From contig CAVXVB010000005.1 of assembly GCA_963765205.1 (NCBI GenBank), forward strand, positions 128,001 through 192,000: a stretch of 64,000 bases of DNA. The letters run 5' to 3'. The DNA comes from an uncultured Verrucomicrobiae bacterium. Its GTDB lineage: Bacteria; Verrucomicrobiota; Verrucomicrobiia; Opitutales; JABDGR01. Below the pieces are notes generated by a model. That model was not told where the DNA came from. It did no database searches and saw nothing but the letters and a program-made list of their open reading frames with translations. Position 1 is the first letter of the stretch. Every line of letters starts with the position of its first letter. The position numbers and the translations under genes are program-made. Positions 35,470 through 45,098 of this stretch are shown here, piece by piece.

Positions 35470-35588
35470 ATGTCTTATGTTTTCAATCGCCTTCCCGCAA
35501 TTTGCCGGGCATTTATTTGTTGTGGCTACCGCCTCAATGAGTTCGCCCTGAGCAATCCAAATACCTTCTACTCCTACCTCCCGTCCCC

Positions 35589-36338
35589 ATGAGCCTGCTC
35601 ACCTTCACCAACCGCACCGCCCTCGTCACGGGCGCGGGGCGGGGCATCGGCAAGGCCGTTGCCAAGAAACTCGCCGCCCAGGGCGTCAAGGTCCTGTGCG
35701 TGTCGAAAAACCCGGACTCCTGCGGAGGCGTCGCCGCCGCGGTGACCGTCGCCGGGGGCAAGGCCTTTGCGTATCCCGTGGACGTGGCCGACTCCGCCGC
35801 GGTCAAGGCCGTGTGCGAGCAAATCCTCCGGGAGCACGAGCGGGTGGACATCCTCATCAACAACGCGGGCATCACGCGCGACATGCTGTTGCTGCGCATG
35901 AGCGACGAGGACTGGCACGCCGTGCTCAACACCAACCTGTCGAGTTGTTTTTATTTCACCAAGGCGCTGCTGCAGCCGATGGCGCGGGCGCGCTGGGGGC
36001 GCATCATCAGCATTACCTCGGTGGTCGGCCTGATGGGCAACGCCGGGCAGGCCAACTACGCCGCGGCCAAGGCCGGGATGCTGGGCTTCACGAAGTCGCT
36101 CGCGCGCGAGCTGGCCGGGCGCAACATCACCGTCAACGCCGTCGCCCCGGGCTTCATCACCACGGACATGACCTCGAAGCTCTCCCCGGAAATCCTCGAA
36201 AACGTGCAGAAAGTCATTCCCCTGAAACGCTTCGGCGAGCCGGACGACGTGGCGACCATGACCGCCTACCTCGCCAGCGACCAGGCCGGTTATGTAACAG
36301 GGCAAGTTTTTACGGTTGACGGTGGCATGGTGATGTAG
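35589..36338 (+). CDS. fabG: 3-oxoacyl-ACP reductase
   Basis: TGAGRGIG, NNAGITRD, GQANYAAAKAG, VAPGFITTDMT, VDGGM. Confidence 0.97.
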   Translation: MSLLTFTNRTALVTGAGRGIGKAVAKKLAAQGVKVLCVSKNPDSCGGVAAAVTVAGGKAFAYPVDVADSAAVKAVCEQILREHERVDILINNAGITRDMLLLRMSDEDWHAVLNTNLSSCFYFTKALLQPMARARWGRIISITSVVGLMGNAGQANYAAAKAGMLGFTKSLARELAGRNITVNAVAPGFITTDMTSKLSPEILENVQKVIPLKRFGEPDDVATMTAYLASDQAGYVTGQVFTVDGGMVM

Positions 36339-36351
36339 GGCGGGCCGAGCA

Positions 36352-36380
36352 TTGACAGGTGCCAAATGAAAAGTTACGGT
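36352..36380 (+). promoter_or_regulatory. Putative sigma70 promoter of TA module (likely leaderless)
   Basis: TTGACA-17 bp-TACGGT, ending 8 nt before ATG 36388. Confidence 0.55.
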
Positions 36381-36387
36381 TTGGCTC

Positions 36388-36573
36388 ATGAAGAAAGCCG
36401 CCAGAAACGGAGTTCCCGTCCTCACGGATTGGGAGCCGACGCCCCGCCTCAAGCGTGCCATGCGTGAGGTGGACGCCGGGCGCGGGTTAATTTCGCTGGG
36501 TAATTACGAACAGGCCAGTGAATACTTTCGCCGTCTTTATGAAAGAAACCGCCCTAAATCGGCGCGCCGCTGA
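36388..36573 (+). CDS. Putative antitoxin (DinJ/RelB C-terminal-like)
   Basis: 61 aa, PTPRLKRAMREVDAGRG motif, overlaps the toxin gene. Confidence 0.7.
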   Translation: MKKAARNGVPVLTDWEPTPRLKRAMREVDAGRGLISLGNYEQASEYFRRLYERNRPKSARR

Positions 36574-36928
36574 AGAATTGGGTTTCCTCTTCAGGACGGG
36601 GTGGGTGTCGCAGGAAGACTGGCAGCATCTGCTCTATTTGCTGTCCAAGGATGAACCGTTGCCCCCGGAATACCATGAACATCGGCTGACCGACAATTGG
36701 ACGGGGCATTGGGAATGTCATCTATCAGGTGACTTAATTGTCATTTACAAACGCAAACCCACCAGAATCATTTTTACGGCCATTGGCACGCATCAGGAAT
36801 TGTTCCATTCGCGCCGCCGCAAAGCCAAGGGCCGGAAACCGCCCCCAACAGACCTTGATGAAATCATCGAACGGGCCCTCAACAAGGCTGCGCGCGAAAT
36901 CAAACGCTGGTGGGCAGCGCGGCGGTAA
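36539..36928 (+). CDS. YafQ-family mRNA interferase toxin with basic C-terminal extension
   Basis: EPLPPEYHEHRLTDNWTGHWECHLSGDLIVIY...IGTHQELF. Confidence 0.85.
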   Translation: MKETALNRRAAEELGFLFRTGWVSQEDWQHLLYLLSKDEPLPPEYHEHRLTDNWTGHWECHLSGDLIVIYKRKPTRIIFTAIGTHQELFHSRRRKAKGRKPPPTDLDEIIERALNKAAREIKRWWAARR

Positions 36929-37029
36929 GCGGACGCCGGCCCCCCGCCCTCGTTTTTTACGGTTGACGGCGGCATGGCAATGTGAAGGCTTGCCTCCATT
37001 CAAACCTCAACCCTTTCCCACTCACGACT

Positions 37030-37290
37030 ATGGCGGATAAATCCATCGAACAGCGCGTTAAAGACATCATCGTCAGCCAGCTCAACGTCAACGAAGAGCA
37101 GGTGACGCCCCAGGCTTCCTTTCTCGACGACCTCGGGGCGGATTCCCTTGACCTGGTCGAATTGATCATGGCCTTCGAGGAGGAGTTCAAAAACGAGATC
37201 AAGGGCGAAATCCCCGAGGCCGAGGCTGAAAAGCTCACCACCGTCGGCCAGGTTGTGGACTACATCAAGGCGAAGTCCGGCGCGAAATAA
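37030..37290 (+). CDS. acpP: Acyl carrier protein
   Basis: [20 protein letters not shown]. Confidence 0.97.
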   Translation: MADKSIEQRVKDIIVSQLNVNEEQVTPQASFLDDLGADSLDLVELIMAFEEEFKNEIKGEIPEAEAEKLTTVGQVVDYIKAKSGAK

Positions 37291-37353
37291 GCGCCGTTTT
37301 TTCCCGCGCCGGCCTCCTCTTGCGCGCCGGATTTTATTTTTTTGGTTTGCCGC

Positions 37354-38610
37354 ATGGATACCGCGCCGAAATTCCCCCGGGTGGTGGTCACGGGCCTCGG
37401 GGCCGTTACCTCCCTCGGCCACAATGTGCCCGACTTTTGGGCAGGCTTGCTCGCGGGCCGCAGCGGCATCCGCCGCATCGAGCGCTTCGACGTCACGGAC
37501 TACCCGTGCAAGGTCGGCGCGGAGGTGCGCGACTGGGACCCGGCGAAGTTCATGGACCCCAAGGAAGTCCGGCGCAACGATCGTTATACGCATTTCGCCG
37601 TCGTCGCCGCGCTCCAGGCCATGGCCGACGCGAATCTGACCGCCGCACAGACCGACCCCGACCGCATGGGCGTCATCGTCGGCTCGGGCATCGGCGGCCT
37701 CGAAACCATCGGCAAGCAATCCAAGGCGCTCTTTGACGGCGGCCCGCGCAAGGTGTCGCCGTTCATGATTCCCTCGCTCATTTCAAACATGGCCGCCGGC
37801 GTGATTGCCATTGCCACCGGCGCGAAGGGGCCGAATTTCGGCGTGGTTTCCGCCTGCGCGACCGGCACGCACGCGCTCGGCGCCTCGCTGCGCGCCATGC
37901 AGTTTGGCGAGGCGGACGTGATGATCGCCGGCGGCAGCGAGGCGGCCATCACCAATTTGGGCTACGGCGGATTTTGCGCGGCGCGCGCGATGAGCACGAA
38001 TTTCAACGACCAGCCCGAGCGCGCCAGCCGCCCCTTCGACAAGCTGCGCGACGGCTTCGTGATGGGCGAGGGCGCGGGCGTCCTCGTCCTCGAAACGCTC
38101 GAACACGCCCGCTGGCGCGGCGCGCGCATTTACGCCGAACTGGCGGGCTATGCCGCTACCTGCGACGCCCACCATATCACCAGCCCCGACCCCACCGGCG
38201 GCGGCCTCGCCCGGGCCTTGCGCACGGCGCTGAAGACCGCCGGCCTCACTCCCGGAGAGGTGGACTATATCAATGCCCACGGCACCTCGACGCCCTACAA
38301 CGACAAGTTCGAGACCTTGGCCGTAAAGACCGTCTTTGGCGACCAGGCCTACAAAATCCCAATGAGCTCGACCAAATCCATGACCGGGCACCTGCTCGGC
38401 GCGGCAGGCGGCATTGAGGCCATCGTTTGCCTCAAGGCCATCGAAAGCGGTGAAATTCCTCCCACCATCAATTTGGAGGAGCAGGATTTTCCCGATTGCG
38501 ATTTGGACTATGTGCCCAACGTCAAACGCACCCATAAGACGCGCGTGGCCCTCAGCAGCAACCTCGGCTTCGGCGGCCATAACGCGGTCGTGGTGTTCAA
38601 GGCGATCTAA
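37354..38610 (+). CDS. fabF: 3-oxoacyl-ACP synthase II
   Basis: RVVVTGLG, SACATG, YINAHGTST, SSTKSMTGHLLGAAG, GFGGHN. Confidence 0.96.
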   Translation: MDTAPKFPRVVVTGLGAVTSLGHNVPDFWAGLLAGRSGIRRIERFDVTDYPCKVGAEVRDWDPAKFMDPKEVRRNDRYTHFAVVAALQAMADANLTAAQTDPDRMGVIVGSGIGGLETIGKQSKALFDGGPRKVSPFMIPSLISNMAAGVIAIATGAKGPNFGVVSACATGTHALGASLRAMQFGEADVMIAGGSEAAITNLGYGGFCAARAMSTNFNDQPERASRPFDKLRDGFVMGEGAGVLVLETLEHARWRGARIYAELAGYAATCDAHHITSPDPTGGGLARALRTALKTAGLTPGEVDYINAHGTSTPYNDKFETLAVKTVFGDQAYKIPMSSTKSMTGHLLGAAGGIEAIVCLKAIESGEIPPTINLEEQDFPDCDLDYVPNVKRTHKTRVALSSNLGFGGHNAVVVFKAI

Positions 38611-38750
38611 TCCATATCTGGCAGAGGAATGAGCGGGGGCGGACGGGGGGCCTTTCAGTCAATCCGCGCTTGCGCGTTTACAGGGAACCCGGCAAAGTGC
38701 CCACCTATCCCAGCCGTCCTCTCCGGCGGCCCCATCCCACCCCCTGACTC

Positions 38751-39341
38751 ATGCGTAAAAAACTATTCTACTTCTCCGGCCTGGCGCTTTTGTCGGCCAT
38801 TTATGCCGCGCAACCCCCCGCCCTGACATCCAGTCCCGCGCCCATTACATTTCCGGTTTACGGCTTTAGCATCAATCCGTTTGAGACACAGACTGATGGC
38901 TTGGTGCTCCAGGCGCTGCAAATGAGCTGGCCCATCGTTCCTTTGCCGTCGGACAAAAACAAGGGCTTCGCCCCCGCCATCAATGTTATGGTCTGGCCAG
39001 CCACCGAGGACATGGCTCAATACGAGGCCAAGCAGCGGCTGGACCTGCAGGCGCACAACATGACCATTCAGCACGAAAGCATTAACAAGGACAACACCGA
39101 GTGGACGCTCGAATACGTCGGCGTGGGCAATGGCGGTGCGGCGATGCATTGGTATGCCCACATCGTCAATGGGGGCAAACGCATTTACATCGCCACCGGC
39201 ACCACGCCCGACGAGATGTGGAGCCTGTATGGCGACAAAGTGAAGGCGTGTGTGGACAGCCTCAAGTCTACCGGCACCGCCCAGATCGGCCCGCTGACCG
39301 CGCCGGCGACAACCGTGCCCCCCCTCAAGTTGACGCCTTAA
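38751..39341 (+). CDS. Secreted hypothetical protein (possibly PsbP/DcrB-like fold)
   Basis: Signal peptide; GFAPAINVM, IYIATGT...KVKACVDSLK. Confidence 0.6.
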   Translation: MRKKLFYFSGLALLSAIYAAQPPALTSSPAPITFPVYGFSINPFETQTDGLVLQALQMSWPIVPLPSDKNKGFAPAINVMVWPATEDMAQYEAKQRLDLQAHNMTIQHESINKDNTEWTLEYVGVGNGGAAMHWYAHIVNGGKRIYIATGTTPDEMWSLYGDKVKACVDSLKSTGTAQIGPLTAPATTVPPLKLTP

Positions 39342-39398
39342 TATATAACATGGCTTCCGCCCAATTTCAGCGTCGGGTTTTCAAGCTGCGCTTCATCT

Positions 39399-40451
39399 AT
39401 GAACTGGCCCCCATTCATTTTGCCGGCGATAAGTCTTTGCCTGTGGTCGGTTGCAAAAGGCGCGGATGCACCTGCTCCGGCGGTCGCCTCGACTTCGGCC
39501 AGCTCCGCGACCTCCGTGGCGGTTGCACCCGCGGCCGCCAAATCAGAATCGCTGCTCTTCGCCTATTTTATCGGCCAAGCGGATGGCCTGCATCTCGCCT
39601 GGAGCGACGACGGCTTTCAATGGACCGCGCTCAAAGGCGACCAAATGTTCCTCACGCCCCAGGTCGGCAAGGAAAAACTCATGCGCGATCCGTCCATCCA
39701 GCGCGGGCCGGACGGCGTGTTCCACTGTGTCTGGACGTGCAGTTGGAATGACCACGGCATTGGCTACGCCGACTCGCAAGACCTTATCCACTGGTCGGCG
39801 GAAAAATTCATCCCGCTCATGGAAAACGACCCCGCCACGCGCAATTGCTGGGCACCCTCGCTTTTTTACGACGCCGCGGGCGCGCAGTGGTTCATCATCT
39901 GGTCGTCCACTGTCCCCGGCAAATTCCCCGAGACCGACGGCCAGGACAAAAGCGAGAGCGACGCTGTCGGCTACAACCACCGCATCTATTACACCACCAC
40001 TAGGGACTTCACCACTTTCAGCCCCTCGAAGCTGCTGTTCAACCCCGGCTTCAACTGCATTGACGCGGCGCTTTTCCAAGACGGCAAAAAATACGTCCTC
40101 GTGTTCAAGGACGAGACCAACGTGCCCTTCCCGGTGCAGAAAAACCTCAAGCTCGCCTTCGCCGACCATCCCGCAGGCCCCTACACCGGCGTCACCGCGC
40201 CCATCAGCCCCAAGGATCCGAAAACCGGCCAAAGCCTATGGTCCGAAGGCCCCACGCCGGTAAAAATCGGCAACCAATGGCTGATTTATTTCGACGAATA
40301 CCGCGACGGCCGCTATGGCCTTATAACCTCAACGGATTTGAAAACTTGGACGGACGGCGCCGGCACATTCACCCTCCCCCAAGGCATCCGCCACGGCACC
40401 ATCTTCCACGCCCCGCCGGACATTATTGAAGCTCTGAAAAAGGTGGAGTAA
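39399..40451 (+). CDS. Glycoside hydrolase family 43-like beta-propeller protein
   Basis: GLHLAWSDDG, MRDPSI, NCWAP, CIDA, SEGPT, RHGT. Confidence 0.85.
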   Translation: MNWPPFILPAISLCLWSVAKGADAPAPAVASTSASSATSVAVAPAAAKSESLLFAYFIGQADGLHLAWSDDGFQWTALKGDQMFLTPQVGKEKLMRDPSIQRGPDGVFHCVWTCSWNDHGIGYADSQDLIHWSAEKFIPLMENDPATRNCWAPSLFYDAAGAQWFIIWSSTVPGKFPETDGQDKSESDAVGYNHRIYYTTTRDFTTFSPSKLLFNPGFNCIDAALFQDGKKYVLVFKDETNVPFPVQKNLKLAFADHPAGPYTGVTAPISPKDPKTGQSLWSEGPTPVKIGNQWLIYFDEYRDGRYGLITSTDLKTWTDGAGTFTLPQGIRHGTIFHAPPDIIEALKKVE

Positions 40452-40500
40452 GGGCGACGGATGGGATAGGACATCTGCGGAGCCGCCTGGTCCCAGCCTT

Positions 40501-40899
40501 ATGGAATTCACCCCCAAAGAGCGAAAGACGATTGATGCACTGCGCCGTATGCAGGGCAGTCAAAGAAGATTGCGAAATTGGGCAAGGCTCTTGAATAGTT
40601 TTTTTTGTATCGGAGGAGCAACCTACATGTTTTTTCGATTGATTAATTTGCATTTCATGGCCGACCTTAAAAACATCATCGATTTGAAACCAGGATTTGT
40701 GCAATTTGATATTCTATCTGACATTGATTTTGAAAATTTCGTTGTGTTGGCATACTCCGGTGCTGGTTTCCTCCTTGGGATGGGGATTCTTTCGCTTGTA
40801 ATCACGATCATCCAGTGGCGGCCGAGTCGAGAGGAGAAATTACTCCTCAAGCTGGCTGATCAACTCGAACCGCCCGGCAAAGCCGGCGAAAAGACATGA
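40501..40899 (+). CDS. AT-rich two-TM membrane hypothetical protein
   Basis: 132-aa ORF, two hydrophobic segments, low GC. Confidence 0.55.
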   Translation: MEFTPKERKTIDALRRMQGSQRRLRNWARLLNSFFCIGGATYMFFRLINLHFMADLKNIIDLKPGFVQFDILSDIDFENFVVLAYSGAGFLLGMGILSLVITIIQWRPSREEKLLLKLADQLEPPGKAGEKT

Positions 40900-41078
40900 A
40901 GGATATACATGCCATTCCTCCGAATTGCCAACCTTTCGATGGTTGGGACGCAATTCATGCCAACGCCACCCCGCGTCCCAGATTGACTTCGTTATTGGAC
41001 CAGTTGGACGTCGAATATAAATCCAACCCGGGAAAATTTGTGGTGCTTAACCAACATTCTCTTTCCGAACGCGAATAA
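40896..41078 (+). CDS. Small hypothetical protein or fragment
   Basis: ATGA overlap with the previous ORF. Confidence 0.3.
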   Translation: MKDIHAIPPNCQPFDGWDAIHANATPRPRLTSLLDQLDVEYKSNPGKFVVLNQHSLSERE

Positions 41079-41123
41079 ATTTAGGCTTTGCTGCGACAGG
41101 GAACAGGGCTTGAGAAACCTCCT

Positions 41124-41164
41124 TTGTCCCGGGGAGCGCGGGCGTCCCGCGCTCCCCGGGACAA
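41124..41164. repeat. Perfect 19-bp-stem GC hairpin (REP-like or bidirectional terminator)
   Basis: TTGTCCCGGGGAGCGCGGG-CGT-CCCGCGCTCCCCGGGACAA between convergent genes. Confidence 0.75.
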
Positions 41165-41201
41165 GAGACAATTCCCAGAACACGATTAATAATTTAAAAA
41201 A

Positions 41202-42287
41202 TTATACAGGATCGAACAACCCGCACGCCGCCGGCTCGGCCTCAATCGCTTCCTCGCGGTTCGGGCGGGCGACGAGGCCGGGGTAGGGTTCCTCGGGATA
41301 GGGCTGGTCGGCGCGGCCGTGCTCGATCATATGCCGGTCGCACACTTGCATCAAGGCCGTCATACCCTCGGCCCGGCGCATTTCGTAGAGAAATTTTCCT
41401 TCCGCATCCACGGATTGGCCGACGAAATTCAAAAACTTCTTCAAGCGGCTGCCCTGCACGCGGTCGGGGATATCGGGCGTAGCCGTCGAGAGGCGCAGGT
41501 CATCAACATAGCCGCGCGCGTCGCCGAGCGTCGGCTGGAACGCTGGCCGCCCGGCGTCGGCGTCGCGGATTTGCCGGAAAATCCACGGGTTACGGATGGC
41601 TGAGCGCCCGATCATCAGGCCCGCCGCGCCCGTTTCCGCCAGCACCCGGCGCGCCTTGGCCGCCGAGGTCACGTTGCCGTTAGCCAGCACGGGGCAGCGC
41701 GCGCGCCGCACCGCGTGGGCAATCCAGTCGTAATGCACTTCCGCGCGATACATCTCCTTCACGGTCCGCCCATGCACGCTGAGCAAATCCACGCCATGCC
41801 GGTTCACGCTGTCGAGCAGTTGGTCGAAAAAATCCGTCGTCTCAAACCCAATGCGCATCTTCACGGTGAAGCGGCCGGGACATTCCGCGCGCAGGAGGGC
41901 GAGAATTTCATCCACGCGCGCCGGGTCGCGCAGCAAGCCGCCGCCGACGTTTTTGCGGTAAACTTTCGGCGCGGGGCAGCCGAGGTTCAGATCCACGCCG
42001 GCGATGGGATGCTTCGCCAGTTCGCGCGCAGTGCGGGCGAGGTCGGGCAAACTTTCGCCGATGAGTTGCGCGAACACGGGCCGCCCCGTGTCGTTTTCGG
42101 TGACGCTCGACAAAATGTGCGGTTCGAGGCGCGAAGTCTCATGCACGCGGAAGTATTCCGTGAAAAACCAGTCCGGTGCGCCCCGCCGCGCGACGGCGCG
42201 CATGAAGGGCAGCGTCGTGACATCCTGCATCGGCGCGAGCGCCGTCGCCGGCCGCCCGGCCTCGAGCAAGGGCGGGAGCGGGCACAA
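41202..42287 (-). CDS. tRNA-dihydrouridine synthase family protein
   Basis: LAPMQDVT, DLNLGCP, VKMRIG, VHGRT, LANGNV, MIGRSAIRNPWIF; start uncertain. Confidence 0.92.
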   Translation of the reverse strand: MCPLPPLLEAGRPATALAPMQDVTTLPFMRAVARRGAPDWFFTEYFRVHETSRLEPHILSSVTENDTGRPVFAQLIGESLPDLARTARELAKHPIAGVDLNLGCPAPKVYRKNVGGGLLRDPARVDEILALLRAECPGRFTVKMRIGFETTDFFDQLLDSVNRHGVDLLSVHGRTVKEMYRAEVHYDWIAHAVRRARCPVLANGNVTSAAKARRVLAETGAAGLMIGRSAIRNPWIFRQIRDADAGRPAFQPTLGDARGYVDDLRLSTATPDIPDRVQGSRLKKFLNFVGQSVDAEGKFLYEMRRAEGMTALMQVCDRHMIEHGRADQPYPEEPYPGLVARPNREEAIEAEPAACGLFDPV

Positions 42288-42292
42288 AGAAG

Positions 42293-42394
42293 AGGTAACC
42301 ACGGAGAACACGGAGAACACAGAGGGTGAAAATGAAAAATTGAAAATTAGGGGAAACGGCTTCTCCGTGATCTCTGTGTCCTCCGTGGTTACCT
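42293..42394. repeat. 32-bp inverted repeat of 9-mer (CACGGAGAA) arms
   Basis: Arms 42293-42324 and 42363-42394, about 4 mismatches. Confidence 0.88.
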
Positions 42395-42399
42395 TCAGT

Positions 42400-42843
42400 T
42401 TAATTCTCCTGCTTCAAAATCCGCTCCAAAATCTCCGTCATGTCCTCGACGGTGTCGAGGACTTTGCGGGCGGCGAAGATGGGCTTTTTGGCCTGGAGCG
42501 CCAATACCATCGAGTCGCTCGGCCGCGCGTCCACCTCGATGATTTTTTTGCCCAGCTCGTTCTGCATTTGCAAAATGATGCGCGCGAAGAATGTCCCCGC
42601 GTCCACGTCGTTGATGATGACGCGCTCGACCGTCACGCCCAGCGCGCCGAAGATGTGCCCGATGAGGTCGTGGGTCAGCGGGCGCTCTTTTTTCACGTCG
42701 TTGAGCGTCATCTGGATCGCGTTGCCGATGGACTGGTCCACATAGATGACGAAAGTCTTCTGCTTGCCGCCCAGGAAAATGGCGCAGCCGTTGGACGTGG
42801 GCATCACGCCCCGGATCGTCACTTCCTCGACATCGTTCTTCAT
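42400..42843 (-). CDS. Bifunctional nuclease family (DUF151) protein
   Basis: RPLTHDL, TFFARI, VDARPSDS..LAL. Confidence 0.93.
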   Translation of the reverse strand: MKNDVEEVTIRGVMPTSNGCAIFLGGKQKTFVIYVDQSIGNAIQMTLNDVKKERPLTHDLIGHIFGALGVTVERVIINDVDAGTFFARIILQMQNELGKKIIEVDARPSDSMVLALQAKKPIFAARKVLDTVEDMTEILERILKQEN

Positions 42844-42943
42844 GCCCGCATTATCGCCCCGAACGGCCCAAACCGCAAGCGCGCAAGTGAACGGCGCGCG
42901 TTTTCGAGGTTGGCAGTGGGAAGCAGGCCGCTAACATCGCACC

Positions 42944-43818
42944 ATGTCCTCACCCGTGGTCGTCTCCACCTGGCCGCATGGCTTGGCCGCCAACGAGGCC
43001 GCATGGAAAATTCTGGCCGCCGGAGGCCGGGCGCTGGATGCGGTCGAGCAGGGTGCGCGCGTCGTCGAGCTGGACCCGCGGTCAACAACGTCGGCTACGG
43101 TGGCCTGCCCGACCGTGACGGCGAGGTCACCCTTGATGCCTGCATCATGGATGAGTGCGGGAACTGTGGAGCGGTGGCGTGTTTGCGGCACGTCAAGAAT
43201 CCCGTTTCCGTCGCGCGGCTGGTCATGGAAAAAACGCCCCACGTCCTGTTGGTCGGGGAGGGTGCGGAGCAATTCGCGCTCGCCCACGGGTTCAAAAATG
43301 AAAACCTGTTAACCCCCGAGGCCCGGGCGGCCTGGAAAAAATGGCGTCGGGAAAACAACGCACCCCCGGAAAAAATAGACGCAAAAAACCACGACACCAT
43401 CGGCCTGCTGGCGCTGGATCGCCGTGGCAGCCTCGCCGGCGCCTGCACGACCAGCGGCACGGCGTGGAAATATCCGGGCCGCGTCGGTGATTCGCCGATT
43501 ATTGGCGCGGGCCTCTTTGTGGACAACGAAATCGGCGGCGCGGCGGCGACGGGCCGGGGCGAGGCGGTGCAAAAAATCGCCGGTTCAATGGTGGTGGTCG
43601 AGGCCATGCGCCACGGCCTCAGTCCGCAGGAGGCCTGCCGCGAAGCAGTCCACCGGATCATGAAAAAACAAGTTGACCACAAAACCTTCCAGGTGGGCTT
43701 GATCGCGCTAAACAAAAAAGGCGAATTCGGCGCGTGCAGCCTCCAGCGGGGCTTTGAGTATGCCGTGTGCGCGCGCGGAAAAAACAAACTGCGCCCGGCG
43801 GAATATCTGGTGAAATAG
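42944..43818 (+). pseudogene. N4-(beta-N-acetylglucosaminyl)-L-asparaginase (Ntn hydrolase), frameshifted near 43075-43077 (possible assembly indel)
   Basis: VSTWPHG..ALDAVEQG..ELDP then VGYGGLPDRDGEVTLDACIMD, HDTIG, GRVGDSPIIGAG. Confidence 0.88.
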
Positions 43819-43821
43819 CAG

Positions 43822-44934
43822 CTAGGCGGAGGCGGCGCCAAGCCCGCTCTCGGAATGGCGGTTGTGGCGCTGGATGAAGGCGGCAAGCGCCAGCAATCCT
43901 GTGCGCTGGTGGGGCCGCAGCGGCGCGGCCAGCAAAACTTGGCGCGATTCCTGAAAGTGCGCCGCCGTTTCCCATTTCAATTCCGCCATGACCTTGGCGG
44001 CGACGCCGTCCTGGCGCACCCGCGCCCACACTGCGGACGGGTTGCCCCGCGCCAGCTCCGCGCGCAACGCCGCAGCCTCCACCACCGGCAAGGCATCGTG
44101 GTAGCGTTTGAGAAAAAGCGTTTTGACGCCCTCGCGCAAATCGTCCGCCGGCTCGACCGCGCGATGAAAATGGGGACCGATTTCATGCAAATCGTTTTCG
44201 ATCTGGAAGGCGAGTCCCAGCGGCCGGGCAAAATCATGCAGACTCAGCAACACCGGCTCCGGCGCGCCGGCCAGGATGGCGGCGACCACCAGCGGCGCCT
44301 CAAAAGTGTAGCGCGTGGTTTTCAGGTAATACGTGTTGCGAATGTCCTCCTCCGTCACGGCTTCGAGCGGGCGGCGCAGCAGCGCCAGTTCGAGCGCCTC
44401 GCCCAGGCCGGTGTCTTGCGCGATGGTGGAAAAGTAGCGCAGCGCCGCCGCGCCCCGCCCGGGGTCGAGGTCCGGCAGCAGGAAGTTTTCCACGGCAAAA
44501 CCGAACAAAATGTCGCCGAGCACGAGCGCCAGATTCTCGCCGCGCCGGTCACCCGCTTCCCCCGCCAATCGGCGATGGAGCGTGGGCTGGCCGCGCCGGG
44601 TGCGCGAGCCGTCAATGATGTCGTCGTGCGCGAGTGCAAAGGAGTGAAAGAATTCCAGCGCGCACGCGGCGCGAAAAATCGCCGGCGATGGCTCCGCCTC
44701 CTCCGCGCCAAGCAATTTATAAGTGGACAGGAAAAGAAGGGGTCGCAGGCGTTTGCCTTCCGTGGTCAAAAATCCCTGGAGTGCCGTCCACGCGGGTAGC
44801 AAGCCCGGTCGCGCGGCGAATTTCCCCTGCAACTCGCGCAGCGCGTCCGCGTAATGCGCGTGGAACGCCCCCCGCCACGCGGCCAGGTCGCCGACGAGTG
44901 ATTCTGAGGATTCGGCGATGCGAGGCGAAGGCAT
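43822..44934 (-). CDS. Polyprenyl/geranylgeranyl diphosphate synthase family
   Basis: GKRLRP, LAHDDIID..TRRGQPTLH, LKTTRY; second Asp motif degenerate (FQIENDL). Confidence 0.88.
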   Translation of the reverse strand: MPSPRIAESSESLVGDLAAWRGAFHAHYADALRELQGKFAARPGLLPAWTALQGFLTTEGKRLRPLLFLSTYKLLGAEEAEPSPAIFRAACALEFFHSFALAHDDIIDGSRTRRGQPTLHRRLAGEAGDRRGENLALVLGDILFGFAVENFLLPDLDPGRGAAALRYFSTIAQDTGLGEALELALLRRPLEAVTEEDIRNTYYLKTTRYTFEAPLVVAAILAGAPEPVLLSLHDFARPLGLAFQIENDLHEIGPHFHRAVEPADDLREGVKTLFLKRYHDALPVVEAAALRAELARGNPSAVWARVRQDGVAAKVMAELKWETAAHFQESRQVLLAAPLRPHQRTGLLALAAFIQRHNRHSESGLGAASA

Positions 44935-45098
44935 GGAAAAGGTTGGCGGTCGGAGGGGTCAAAGATGCGGGAAGAGCAAAATGTTGTCCACCTGAAACCG
45001 CCCCGCGCCGGTGACAGACACCGACAATTGGCAAAGCAAGTTTTGGGCCGAAATGGGCCGGGCTTGCGCGCCGGAGGGCGGCCCTCTAATCTCTCCGC

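Larger units (their letters stand above)
36306..36985. mobile_element. TA islet bounded by a direct duplication of the fabG 3' end
   Basis: TTTTTACGGTTGACGG(T/C)GGCATGG..ATGT at 36307-36338 and 36954-36985. Confidence 0.8.

Noticed and set aside
42004..43818. 604-aa ORF as a single protein
   Set aside because: The N-terminal part is antisense to dus/DUF151 and the repeat; only the last part (about 245 aa) is the asparaginase, whose true start is in another frame at 42944
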